Positions 19,647 through 28,521 of a stretch of 64,000 nucleotides of DNA are shown here, one piece after another. The position numbers and the translations under genes were made by a program. This DNA is from Ornithinimicrobium sp. (GTDB lineage Bacteria; Actinomycetota; Actinomycetes; Actinomycetales; Dermatophilaceae). The notes beneath the pieces are model-generated. The model saw nothing but the letters and a program-made list of their open reading frames with translations, was not told where the DNA came from and did not search any database. The stretch is taken from NCBI GenBank assembly GCA_049683875.1, contig JBAUJO010000165.1, forward strand, positions 28 through 64,027, given 5' to 3'. Positions within the stretch are counted from its first letter, which is position 1, and the number at the start of each line of letters is the position of its first letter.

Positions 19647-22171
19647 CCACGATCGAGAGTGAGACCCACGCCCCAGAAGCCGAGCTCGGCAAGTCCCGGC
19701 TGCGCAAGGAGGACCAGCGCCTCATCACCGGGCGCACGAAGTTCACCGACAACATCCAGCTGACCGGGATGCTGCACCTGAGCATGGTGCGAAGCCCGTT
19801 CGCGCATGCCGCGATCAGCGCGGTCGACGCCAGCGCCGCGAAGGCCTCCAGTGGCGTCGTCGCGGTCCTGACCGGTGAGGACGTAAAGGACATCCAGGGC
19901 GCCCTGCCGACCGCGTGGCCGATCACCGATGACCAGAAGGCCGCCGACCACCCCTCGATCGCCGTCGACCGGGTCGCCTTCGCCGGTGAGATCGTCGCTG
20001 TGGTCGTCGCGCGCAGCGCTGCGGCAGCCCGGGACGCCGCCGAGCTCGTCGACGTCGACTACGAAGAGCTGCCCCCCGCGTTGGACTTGAAGAAGGCGGC
20101 CGCCGACGAGGTGCTGGCGCACCCCGACCTCGGCACAAACCGCAGCGCAACATGGGTCTACGACTCCAAGGAGGCCGGTGCCGGCGAGGACGTGGAGGAC
20201 ACGATCCGCAACGCCGAGGTACTCATCGAGCGGGAGTACCGCCAGCAGCGGCTCATTCCTGCGTTCATGGAGCCCCGGTCGGTCGTCGTCGACCCCACCA
20301 GTGAGCAGTACACGATGTGGTCGGCCACACAGGTCCCGCACATCTTGCGGGTCATGATGGCGCTGACTCTGGGGGTGCCCGAGTCCAAGATCCGGGTCAT
20401 CGCCCCGGATGTGGGAGGTGGGTTCGGCGGCAAGCTGCAGATGACACCGGAGGAGGTCATCACGTTCCTGGCCGCCCGGCACACAGGCAAGCCCTGCAAA
20501 TGGACCGAGACCCGCAGCGAGTCGCTGCTCTCGGGTCACCACGGCCGCGACCAGTGGCAGAAGCTGACGCTGTCGGCCACCCGGGACGGGATCGTGAAGG
20601 GTCTGAAGGTCGAGCTGTTGGCCGATATGGGCGCCTACCTGGGGCTGGTGACTCCAGGTATCCCGATCCTCGGTGCGTTCATGTACAACTCGATCTACAA
20701 GTTCGCGGCCTACCACTTCAGCTGCACCAACGTGTTCACCAACAAGACGTGGACTGACGCCTACCGGGGCGCGGGCCGACCCGAGGCCACGTTCGCGATC
20801 GAGCGCATCATGGACGACCTGGCCGACGAGCTGGGAATGGAACCGCTCGAGCTGCGACGCAAGAACTGGATCGCCCATGACGAGTTCCCCTTCGACACCG
20901 TGGCGGGGCTGCAGTACGACTCGGGCAACTACGAGGCGGCGACGGACCGCGCAGTCGAGCTGTTCGACTACCAGGGCCTGCGCGCCGAGCAGCAGCGGCG
21001 CCGTGAGGCAGGTGACCCTGTCCAGCTCGGCATCGGTATCTCGACGTTCACCGAGATGTGCGGGCTGGCACCCTCCCGCGTCCTCGGGGCGCTCAACTAT
21101 GCCGCTGGCGGTTGGGAGCACGCGGACGTCCGCGTGCTGCCGACCGGCAAGGTTGAGGTGGTCACCGGCGTCTCGGCGCACGGACAAGGGCACGAGACGG
21201 CTTTCAGCCAGATCGTGGCCGACCGCCTCGGGGTGCCCTTCGACGATGTGGAGATCCTGCACGGCGACACCCAGAGCAGTCACAAGGGCATGGACACCTA
21301 CGGCTCCCGCTCGCTGGTCGTCGGCGGCCAGGCTATTGGCAAGGCCACCGACAAGGTGATCGAGCGGGCCAAGCCGTTGGCCGCCCACATGCTCGAGGCC
21401 AACGTCGACGACATCGAGTTCGAACGGGGCACCTTCAACGTCAAGGGTACCGAGCAGGGAATCGGCCTCGGTGACCTGGCCTTCGCGGCGTTCCATGCGC
21501 ACGACCTGCCCGAAGGTATGGAGCCCAGTCTGGATGCCGAGGCGACGTTCGACCCGGTCAACTTCTCCTACCCCCACGGAACGCACTTGTGCGCCATGGA
21601 GGTCGACACCGAGACCGGTCAGGTCACCATGCGCTCCTACGTCTGTGTGGACGACGTGGGGATCGTCGTCAACCCCCTCATCGTCGAGGGGCAGGTCCAC
21701 GGCGGCTTGGTGCAGGGCATCTCCCAGGCGCTGTGGGAGGAGGCGGTCTACGACGATAACGGCACCTTGGTGTCGGGGTCCTTCGTGGACTACACCCTGC
21801 CGACAAGCGCGGACACGATCAGCTTCGTCACGGACCGGACCGTGACGCCTGCATTGAGCAACGACATGGGCGTCAAGGGCGTGGGTGAGGCCGGCACCAT
21901 CGCCTCGACCCCGGCCGTGGTCAACGCGGTCCTCGATGCGATCCGGCAGTTCGGCGTCAAGGACATCCGGATGCCCTGCACCCCGGAGCGGGTGTGGCGG
22001 GCGATCAAAGAGGGCAAAGCGGGTCAGTCAGACGCTGGCAGCGAGGCCACCACTGGTGACGCCGTGCCGCACTTCGAGACGGCCGCCCTCAACCAGGACC
22101 CTCCGGGTCCGCCGCCCGGTCATCATGCCGGAGGAAACGCCCGGCACGCAGGAAACGGAGCAGACCAGTGA
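19643..22171 (+). CDS. coxL: molybdenum hydroxylase large subunit, form-II CODH-like (AYRGAGR active-site loop)
   Basis: In frame with ORF 19298..22171. ATG 19643 overlaps the coxS stop (ATGA). N-terminus is [37 protein letters not shown] lies at nt 20759-20779. There is a C-terminal low-complexity tail of about 50 aa. Confidence 0.85.
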   Translation: MTTIESETHAPEAELGKSRLRKEDQRLITGRTKFTDNIQLTGMLHLSMVRSPFAHAAISAVDASAAKASSGVVAVLTGEDVKDIQGALPTAWPITDDQKAADHPSIAVDRVAFAGEIVAVVVARSAAAARDAAELVDVDYEELPPALDLKKAAADEVLAHPDLGTNRSATWVYDSKEAGAGEDVEDTIRNAEVLIEREYRQQRLIPAFMEPRSVVVDPTSEQYTMWSATQVPHILRVMMALTLGVPESKIRVIAPDVGGGFGGKLQMTPEEVITFLAARHTGKPCKWTETRSESLLSGHHGRDQWQKLTLSATRDGIVKGLKVELLADMGAYLGLVTPGIPILGAFMYNSIYKFAAYHFSCTNVFTNKTWTDAYRGAGRPEATFAIERIMDDLADELGMEPLELRRKNWIAHDEFPFDTVAGLQYDSGNYEAATDRAVELFDYQGLRAEQQRRREAGDPVQLGIGISTFTEMCGLAPSRVLGALNYAAGGWEHADVRVLPTGKVEVVTGVSAHGQGHETAFSQIVADRLGVPFDDVEILHGDTQSSHKGMDTYGSRSLVVGGQAIGKATDKVIERAKPLAAHMLEANVDDIEFERGTFNVKGTEQGIGLGDLAFAAFHAHDLPEGMEPSLDAEATFDPVNFSYPHGTHLCAMEVDTETGQVTMRSYVCVDDVGIVVNPLIVEGQVHGGLVQGISQALWEEAVYDDNGTLVSGSFVDYTLPTSADTISFVTDRTVTPALSNDMGVKGVGEAGTIASTPAVVNAVLDAIRQFGVKDIRMPCTPERVWRAIKEGKAGQSDAGSEATTGDAVPHFETAALNQDPPGPPPGHHAGGNARHAGNGADQ

Positions 22172-23025
22172 TCCCCGCCGAGTTCGACTACGCCGCCCCG
22201 ACCACGGTCGCCGAAGCCCTCAGCCTGCTGGCCGAGCACGGTGACGACGCCAAGGTCATGGCCGGTGGCCAGTCGCTCATGCCGATCCTGCGGATGCGTC
22301 TGAACGCCCCGGAGATGGTCATCGACCTCGGCCGTGTGCCTGAGCTCGCCGGCGTGTCCGACGACGGCGACGCGATCCGCATCGGTGCGATGACGACCTA
22401 CGCCGACGTCCTGGCCAGTGACCTGGTGAACGAGCACGCCTCCCTGCTGTGCAAGGCCGTGGCCGAGGTCGCCGACCCACAGATCCGGCACCGGGGCACC
22501 CTCGGTGGGGCGCTGGTCCACGCCGACCCCGCGGGTGACGTCGGCGCGCCCGCGTTGGCGCTGGACGCGCAGATGGTGATCACCGGGGCCGACGGTACTG
22601 AGCGGACGGTCACGGTCGACGACTTCTTCGTCGACATCTTCGAGACGGCCGTGCAGGAGGGGGAGCTGCTCACCGCGGTGCGCATCCCGAAGCACACCGG
22701 GTGGGGCAGCGCATACACCAAGTTTGTGCGTGTCTCCCACCAGTGGTCGATCGTTGCCGCCGCCGCCACCGTGCGAGCCGACGGCGGCACGATCGCCGAG
22801 GCCAAGGTCGCGTTGACCAACATGGGCTCGACGCCGCTGCGAGCCAGGTCGCTGGAGGACCAGCTGGTGGGTATGCAGGCCACCAACGAAGCGTTGGACG
22901 AGGTGTGCGCGTCGGTCGGCGAGGGCACCGACCCGCCGTCTGACCTCAACGGTGACGCGGACTATCGCAAGCATCTGGCCGGCGTCCTGACCCGGCGGGC
23001 CGTCGTGTCGGCGGCAGGGGGCTGA
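22168..23025 (+). CDS. coxM: molybdenum hydroxylase medium subunit, FAD-binding (CoxM-like)
   Basis: ORF 22168..23025 (285 aa). The N-terminus [44 protein letters not shown] is typical of the FAD-binding subunit. It shares a 4-nt overlap with coxL. Confidence 0.9.
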   Translation: MIPAEFDYAAPTTVAEALSLLAEHGDDAKVMAGGQSLMPILRMRLNAPEMVIDLGRVPELAGVSDDGDAIRIGAMTTYADVLASDLVNEHASLLCKAVAEVADPQIRHRGTLGGALVHADPAGDVGAPALALDAQMVITGADGTERTVTVDDFFVDIFETAVQEGELLTAVRIPKHTGWGSAYTKFVRVSHQWSIVAAAATVRADGGTIAEAKVALTNMGSTPLRARSLEDQLVGMQATNEALDEVCASVGEGTDPPSDLNGDADYRKHLAGVLTRRAVVSAAGG

Positions 23026-23029
23026 GCCC

Positions 23030-23863
23030 GTGGAGCTGGTTCACTCCTTCTCCGTCCCCGCCTCGCCGGAACGCACCTGGTCGCTGCTGACCGACCTGCA
23101 CCAGGTCGGCTCGTGCTTCCCCGGCGCCACCGTGACCGAGGCCGACGACGAGCAGTTCTCGGGCACCGTGAAGGTCAAGCTGGGCCCGATCGCGATGATG
23201 TATTCCGGCTCCGGCCACTTCGTCTCCCGCGACGACGCCGACCACCGAGCCACCATCGAGGCACGAGGCAAGGACAAGCGGGGCAACGGCACCGCCGGTG
23301 CGAGCGTCATGCTCAACCTCAGCCCGGACGGCACCGGAACCAAGGTCGACGTGAAGACTGACCTGTCGATTACCGGCAAGCCGGCCCAGTTCGGTCGTGG
23401 GGTGATGCAGGACGTGTCCGACAAGCTGCTCGGCCGGTTCGTGGTCTGTCTCGAGTCCCAGCTCGAGGACGCCGGGGCCGAGCCCGAGACGCACGACCCG
23501 GTGGCGGCGAGCGAGGTGGACCCCCTGGGCACCGAGGCACCCGAGACCGCGACCGACCCGGGTCATGCAGAGGTGGACGCTGGGGCTGCGACACCTGGGG
23601 CCTCTGCGGGCTCTGTTGCCTCCGACCCACAGGTTGCCGACGAACCAGTCTCCGACGCTGCGGTGACGCCGGTCGCGGCCCCCGCACCTGCTGCGGCGGC
23701 GCCTCGCCAGTCCACTTCGGACGGCGGAGAAGACGTGATCAACCTGGGTAGTGCCGTAGGCCCTGTGCTGATGAGCCGGTACGGCATCCCGCTCGCAGTG
23801 GGGGTCGCCGGGGTCCTGGGCTACCTCCTCGGTCGCGGTCGGTCAGGTTCCGGGAAGGCGTAG
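23030..23863 (+). CDS. coxG: CoxG-like SRPBCC protein with Ala/Pro-rich linker and C-terminal TM helix
   Basis: ORF 23030..23863 (277 aa, GTG start). The CoxG domain reads MELVHSFSVPASPERTWSLLTDLHQVGSCFPGA...GKPAQFGRGVMQDVSDKL. An acidic/Ala-Pro linker follows, then IPLAVGVAGVLGYLLG. Confidence 0.8.
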   Translation: MELVHSFSVPASPERTWSLLTDLHQVGSCFPGATVTEADDEQFSGTVKVKLGPIAMMYSGSGHFVSRDDADHRATIEARGKDKRGNGTAGASVMLNLSPDGTGTKVDVKTDLSITGKPAQFGRGVMQDVSDKLLGRFVVCLESQLEDAGAEPETHDPVAASEVDPLGTEAPETATDPGHAEVDAGAATPGASAGSVASDPQVADEPVSDAAVTPVAAPAPAAAAPRQSTSDGGEDVINLGSAVGPVLMSRYGIPLAVGVAGVLGYLLGRGRSGSGKA

Positions 23864-23897
23864 CACCGGCGTGACGGGGTCGACGTAAGGGCATGCC

Positions 23898-24803
23898 ATG
23901 AGACTGGGTCTACAGGTTCCGTACTTCAGCTGGCCCGACGCCCCTGCCTCGATCGGCCCGACCCTGGCGCGGATCGCGCAGGACGCCGAGGCTGCGGGGA
24001 TGTCGAGCTTGTGGGTGATGGACCACTTCTTCCAGATATCGATGATCGGGCCGCCCGAGTGGGAGATGCTCGAGGCTTACACCGCGCTGAGCTTCGCCGC
24101 TGCTCATACCTCCACCATCGAGCTCGGCACGCTCGTCACGGGTGTGACCTACCGCCATCCCGGCGTCCTGCTCAAGACCGTCACCACCCTTGACGTGTTG
24201 AGCGGGGGACGGGCGTGGCTGGGGATCGGCGCCGCCTGGAACGAGGAGGAGCACCGGGGGCTGGGCGTGCCGTACCCACCGCTGAGCGAGCGCTTCCAGC
24301 GCCTGGAGGAGACCCTGCAGATCGCTCATCAGATGCGTGCGGGTGATCCAACGCCATACGACGGGGCGCACTACCAGCTGCAGCGACCGCTGAACTCGCC
24401 GCTCCCGCTGAGCCGGCCACACCTGCCCATCATGGTGGGAGGCAGCGGCGAGAAGAAGACGCTGCGGATGGTGGCGCAGTATGCCGATGCCTGCAACCTC
24501 TTCGACGTCGGGCCCGAGGGGGTAAGGGCGAAGTACGACGTCCTCGACGAGCACTGTCAGGCGTTGGGCCGCGACCCGGCCGACATCGAGCGCACCGTCA
24601 TCACCCGGATGGCTCTGTCGAGCGACGGCCGCCCACTGGCCGCAAGCGGTGAGGAGTCGTTGACCGTGCCGCAGGCGGTGGACAAGCTCGGTGCCCTGGC
24701 CGAGGTCGGCACGCAGACCGTGCTGTTCGGACTGCCGAACGCGCACGAGCGTGGTGTCTTCGACCTGGTGGGAGACCTGGTCAGCCAGGTGCGCGACCTG
24801 TGA
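23898..24803 (+). CDS. LLM-class F420-dependent oxidoreductase
   Basis: ORF 23898..24803 (301 aa). The blocks MRLGLQVPYFSWPD, LWVMDHFFQ, LGTLVTGVTYRHPGVLLK and GRAWLGIGAAWNEEEH match the luciferase-like F420 family. Confidence 0.8.
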   Translation: MRLGLQVPYFSWPDAPASIGPTLARIAQDAEAAGMSSLWVMDHFFQISMIGPPEWEMLEAYTALSFAAAHTSTIELGTLVTGVTYRHPGVLLKTVTTLDVLSGGRAWLGIGAAWNEEEHRGLGVPYPPLSERFQRLEETLQIAHQMRAGDPTPYDGAHYQLQRPLNSPLPLSRPHLPIMVGGSGEKKTLRMVAQYADACNLFDVGPEGVRAKYDVLDEHCQALGRDPADIERTVITRMALSSDGRPLAASGEESLTVPQAVDKLGALAEVGTQTVLFGLPNAHERGVFDLVGDLVSQVRDL

Positions 24804-24809
24804 GGCCCG

Positions 24810-25733
24810 CTACTCCTTGACCCGCACCATGCCCTCCTGGGCCACGCTGGCCATGAGTGTGCCGTCGGCGGCGAACATGAGGCCGTGACCGAGCCCGCGG
24901 CCGTTCTGGGCCGAGGGGGAGGCCTGGCGGTACAGGATCCAGTCGTCGGCTCTCGGGCTGCGGTGGAACCACATCGCATGGTCCAGGCTGGCCGGTCGCA
25001 GTCGGGGGTCACCCCAGACCAGTCCGTGCTTGCGCAGGATCGGCTCCAAGAGGCTGTAGTCGGAGGCGTAGGCCAGCAGAGCGGCGTGCAGCAACGGGTC
25101 GTCGGGGAGTTGCCTCGGGATCCGGAACCAGACGTGCTGGCGCGCGGTTCGTTCGCCCGCCTGCGTGAACAGCGGCCCCTCCACGTGCCTGATCTCGACG
25201 GCGCGCCGAGCGAGCTGCCGGGCGGTCGGGTGGTCGATCGTGGCCAGGATGTCGGCGTCTGAGCTCAGGCCGTCGGGGCCGGGAACATCGGGCATCCGGC
25301 TCTGGTGATCCAGCCCGTCGGCCTCGTCCTGGAACGAGGTGATCATCGACAGCAGGATCGTGCCGTCCTGGATGGCGTGCACGCGTCGAGCCGAGAACGA
25401 ATGGCCGTCGCGCATCCGCTCGACCAGGAACCTGATGGGCCGCCGGTCGTCGCCGGGACGCAGGAAGTACCCGTGCATCGAGTGGATCGGGCGCGGCTGT
25501 TCGGTGACGTCCGCCACCGTGCGACCGGCCGCGATGACCGACTGCGCCAGCACCTGACCACCGAAGACGCGACCCCGTGGCTGGGGCTGGCTGCGGCCGA
25601 TGAACACGTCACCTCGAGAGTCGCTGAGATCCTCGCCCAAGCTGTCCGGCGAGGTGACGGAGATCGTGGTGGCACCCTCGCGTTCGAGGTCGAGCACGTC
25701 GAGCAGGTCGTCGATCGGGTCCTCAAGGTTCAC
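24810..25733 (-). CDS. tesB: acyl-CoA thioesterase II
   Basis: ORF 24810..25733 (307 aa). It is a double hot-dog protein with FGGQVLAQSVIAAGRTV and SLDHAMWFHR blocks like TesB. Confidence 0.85.
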   Translation of the reverse strand: MNLEDPIDDLLDVLDLEREGATTISVTSPDSLGEDLSDSRGDVFIGRSQPQPRGRVFGGQVLAQSVIAAGRTVADVTEQPRPIHSMHGYFLRPGDDRRPIRFLVERMRDGHSFSARRVHAIQDGTILLSMITSFQDEADGLDHQSRMPDVPGPDGLSSDADILATIDHPTARQLARRAVEIRHVEGPLFTQAGERTARQHVWFRIPRQLPDDPLLHAALLAYASDYSLLEPILRKHGLVWGDPRLRPASLDHAMWFHRSPRADDWILYRQASPSAQNGRGLGHGLMFAADGTLMASVAQEGMVRVKE

Positions 25734-25764
25734 CCGTGAAGCCTAGCGAGCCGCGGCTGGCAGG

Positions 25765-26232
25765 ATGAGCGGCATGTCTTCCCCTGCTGCAAGCCGGTAT
25801 GCCGTGGACATCCAGATCCGGTGGTCGGACATGGACGCCTACGGCCACGTCAACAACGTGCAGTTCCTGCGGCTGATGGAGGACGCACGGGTGTATGCCT
25901 TCCGTCACTGGTTCGGCAGCGATCGTTCCCTGCTCACCGAAGGGATCCTGGTCGCTCGGCAGGAGATCGACTACCTCGCTCCCTTGACGTTCAACCACGA
26001 GCCGGCCCGGATCGAGGTGTGGTGCTGCCGGATCAGCGGGGCGTCGTTCGATGTGGGGTACGCGGTGACGCAGCCGGGGTCGGAGACCACCTTTGCGCTC
26101 GCCGAGACCACGCTGGTGGCCTACAACCTCGATGCCGGCACACCCCGTCGCTTGGACGACGCGCAACGCGAGGCGCTTCAGGGCTTCATGGACGACCCGC
26201 CTGCGCTCCGCAGCCATCGGGGACAGCGGTGA
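25765..26232 (+). CDS. 4HBT/YbgC-type acyl-CoA thioesterase
   Basis: ORF 25765..26232 (155 aa). IQIRWSDMDAYGHVNNVQFLRLMEDAR is the catalytic-Asp hot-dog motif. Confidence 0.8.
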   Translation: MSGMSSPAASRYAVDIQIRWSDMDAYGHVNNVQFLRLMEDARVYAFRHWFGSDRSLLTEGILVARQEIDYLAPLTFNHEPARIEVWCCRISGASFDVGYAVTQPGSETTFALAETTLVAYNLDAGTPRRLDDAQREALQGFMDDPPALRSHRGQR

Positions 26233-26888
26233 GCGAGCCCGACGGTGCTCAGCTGAGGTTCGCCGAGGTGGAGACGCTACAGGACCTCAGCACCTACGTC
26301 GCCAGAGCGCGCACCCTGGACGCCGAGGGTGCGATCCGCCTCCAGGCGCGCGGTGAGGTGCTGGCGGCGTGGGTGCGGGTGCTGCCTGGTCAGGGCCTGC
26401 TGGGGTCGGGGCTCGTGCTCGGCCTTCGCGTGATGAAGCTCGACGGGACCCACGACGTGGACGCGACGGTGCCGCTGGCTGCGGTATCGGACCGCCTGGC
26501 ACGTCGCGTGAGCACGGGTGACGTCAGTGCCGTGCTGCAGCTGCCACCGATGAGAGTCACTCCGTCGTGGGCAGCGATCAGCCCTCCACGCGGGGGGTGG
26601 GAACCGAGGGGCCAGGTGGCACATGACGTGCTCGTGCAGGCAGCGCGAGATGGCATCGAAGCAGTGGCCCAGGGGACCCCGCACGGAGCGGGTGCAGCGG
26701 CGGTGGCGTCCCTGCGTGAGCGCATCTGGGGGCAGCGGCTCTCCGAAGACGAGGGAGCGCCGCCGGCCGGGGCGGCGATGGCGGCCCACACGCTGGGTTT
26801 CACCGTGCCGGACCATCAAGGCACTGTGCTGACGTCCGGCCCATGGACACGCCTGAGCCTTCGAAACGGGGACGTGCTCGCGCGGTAG
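26229..26888 (+). CDS. hypothetical protein (no recognisable domain)
   Basis: In frame with ORF 25821..26888. GTG 26229 overlaps the thioesterase stop (GTGA). It encodes 219 aa, VSEPDGAQLRFAEVETLQDLSTYVARARTLDAEGAIRLQARGEV..., with GC3-rich native codon usage. Confidence 0.6.
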   Translation: MSEPDGAQLRFAEVETLQDLSTYVARARTLDAEGAIRLQARGEVLAAWVRVLPGQGLLGSGLVLGLRVMKLDGTHDVDATVPLAAVSDRLARRVSTGDVSAVLQLPPMRVTPSWAAISPPRGGWEPRGQVAHDVLVQAARDGIEAVAQGTPHGAGAAAVASLRERIWGQRLSEDEGAPPAGAAMAAHTLGFTVPDHQGTVLTSGPWTRLSLRNGDVLAR

Positions 26889-26984
26889 GTCTGTGGACAA
26901 CTAGCGCGTGCCCGCCCGGGTGAGCGAGAATGAGCGCCCATGACACTGGCCTTCGGGCTGTCCCTGGTGTTAGAGGAGTATCCC

Positions 26985-27620
26985 GTGAGGCGACTCAGCG
27001 CGCTCGCAGTCTGCCTGGCAATGGGCGGGGTCCTGGCCGCCTGCGACGATGGACAGCGGCCGCAGGAGCCGCCACAGAATCAGGACTCGGTCGGGGCCGC
27101 CGACGACTCGAAGGCGACGTCCGTTGGTGATGATGCGGCGTCGAAGGCGACCAGTGCTGCCGACTCGGCGGGTCAGACTGCCGACCCGGGAGTGCCCGAG
27201 ATGCCCCCCGAGGCCACCGAGGACTCAGAAGCGGGTGCCGCAGCCTTCGCCGAGTACTATCTGGACCTCTACAATCACTTGGGCCGGTATCCCCAAGATG
27301 GTGTCTTAAACGAGCTCGCGTCGAATCAGTGCGACACGTGTAGGAACTACGAAGACAATGTAGAGAGTCTTTCCAAAAAGGATCAACGGTTGGATGGTCC
27401 ATCCGGAATTGTCACCAAGGCAACAGCACTTGCCTCCGGGCCGGATTCGTATGTTGTTTCTGTTGTGGCGCGGACGCCTGCCTACAGGCGCCTAGGAATC
27501 GACGGGACTGAGATTGATCGCTTCAGTCAAGGAAGCGACATTGAGTTATCTGTCGATGTGAGGCGCCTAGATGCGAGCTTCCTCGTGGAGGGAGTCTTCG
27601 TTGTCCAGAACGATGGCTAG
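26985..27620 (+). CDS. lipoprotein, DUF6318-like
   Basis: ORF 26940..27620, trimmed to GTG 26985 (RBS GAGGAG). It has a signal peptide plus lipobox (LAMGGVLAAC) and a Ser/Asp/Ala-rich linker. The block PPEATEDSEAGAAAFAEYYLDLYNH...CDTC matches what I recall for DUF6318 lipoproteins. Confidence 0.65.
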   Translation: MRRLSALAVCLAMGGVLAACDDGQRPQEPPQNQDSVGAADDSKATSVGDDAASKATSAADSAGQTADPGVPEMPPEATEDSEAGAAAFAEYYLDLYNHLGRYPQDGVLNELASNQCDTCRNYEDNVESLSKKDQRLDGPSGIVTKATALASGPDSYVVSVVARTPAYRRLGIDGTEIDRFSQGSDIELSVDVRRLDASFLVEGVFVVQNDG

Positions 27621-28521
27621 AGTCGCGACTCTGTTGATTCTTGCCTCCGCCGCACCGTTCGAGGATGTGAACGCTAATTGGGCGGAGTCGTCCAGCAAAG
27701 ATGACGGAGATGGTGCACGAACGAGTGCCTTTGAAGAGACTGTTATCGCTTACCAGGAAAACCGACAGCCTCAAGGGGCGTTTGTCACGGCTGAGTCGAC
27801 AGCGTGGTTCGAGTACGTCAAGGTGATCAACTGCCCGGGCAACACGATCAATGACGTCGCCACGGCCTACTGCATCAGCGCCGACGAGTACTGCGAGACC
27901 AACGAACCGGACAGCGCCGGGCCGTGGTCCCGTCTCTACCGGCGGGTGGTCAACGACGATGGCGACGTCGGCGACTGGCAGAATCTGGGGCTGACCTGCT
28001 TCACCGACGCGGTTCCGGCAACCTCGGGCGCCCCGCAGGACACGCTGGGCATCAACGACATCGTGGCTCAGTTCCATCGCACCGACTTCGCGGTGCCTCA
28101 GGTCGAGATCGAGCCCCCTGGCGGACGCACGCTGGTGCACCTGCCGACCTTCTACGCACTGACCTGGCCGAATGACGGGGTCGAGCCCGAGGAGGTCGAC
28201 ACCACGACCCTGCTGGGTCATGACGTCCGCATTCGACCCCTCTTCGTCAACGCCACCTACGACTTCGGCGACGGGGACTCCTCGGGCCCGGTGAAGTCGC
28301 TGGGTGGCCCCTACCCGAACGGCGGCATTCAGCACGTGTATGTCTCGCGGGCGAACGTCAAGGCATCAGTCAGTGTCACCTACGGCGGGGAGTACTCGAT
28401 CGACGGGCAGGAGTGGGAGCCGATCCCCGGCTCGATCACGGTCGACGGGGCCGTCCAGCCTGTCGAGGTCCTGACTTCACGCAACCGGCTGGTCAGTGAA
28501 CAGCTAACACCGAGTGGCTAG
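27613..28521 (+). CDS. secreted hypothetical protein with PKD-like C-terminal module
   Basis: In frame with ORF 27571..28521. ATG 27613 overlaps the lipoprotein stop by 8 nt. It has a Sec-type signal (MARVATLLILASAA), 4 Cys in the N-terminal half, and a C-terminal ATYDFGDGDSSGP...GIQHVY...VSVTYGGEY pattern resembling the PKD-domain FGDG signature. Confidence 0.6.
   Translation: MARVATLLILASAAPFEDVNANWAESSSKDDGDGARTSAFEETVIAYQENRQPQGAFVTAESTAWFEYVKVINCPGNTINDVATAYCISADEYCETNEPDSAGPWSRLYRRVVNDDGDVGDWQNLGLTCFTDAVPATSGAPQDTLGINDIVAQFHRTDFAVPQVEIEPPGGRTLVHLPTFYALTWPNDGVEPEEVDTTTLLGHDVRIRPLFVNATYDFGDGDSSGPVKSLGGPYPNGGIQHVYVSRANVKASVSVTYGGEYSIDGQEWEPIPGSITVDGAVQPVEVLTSRNRLVSEQLTPSG

Noticed and set aside
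27523-28335. A 270-aa minus-strand ORF opposite the secreted PKD-like protein gene, considered because the region is compositionally odd.
   Set aside because: It has no motifs and no RBS. The plus-strand frame has a signal peptide, a coupled start and a recognisable FGDG module.
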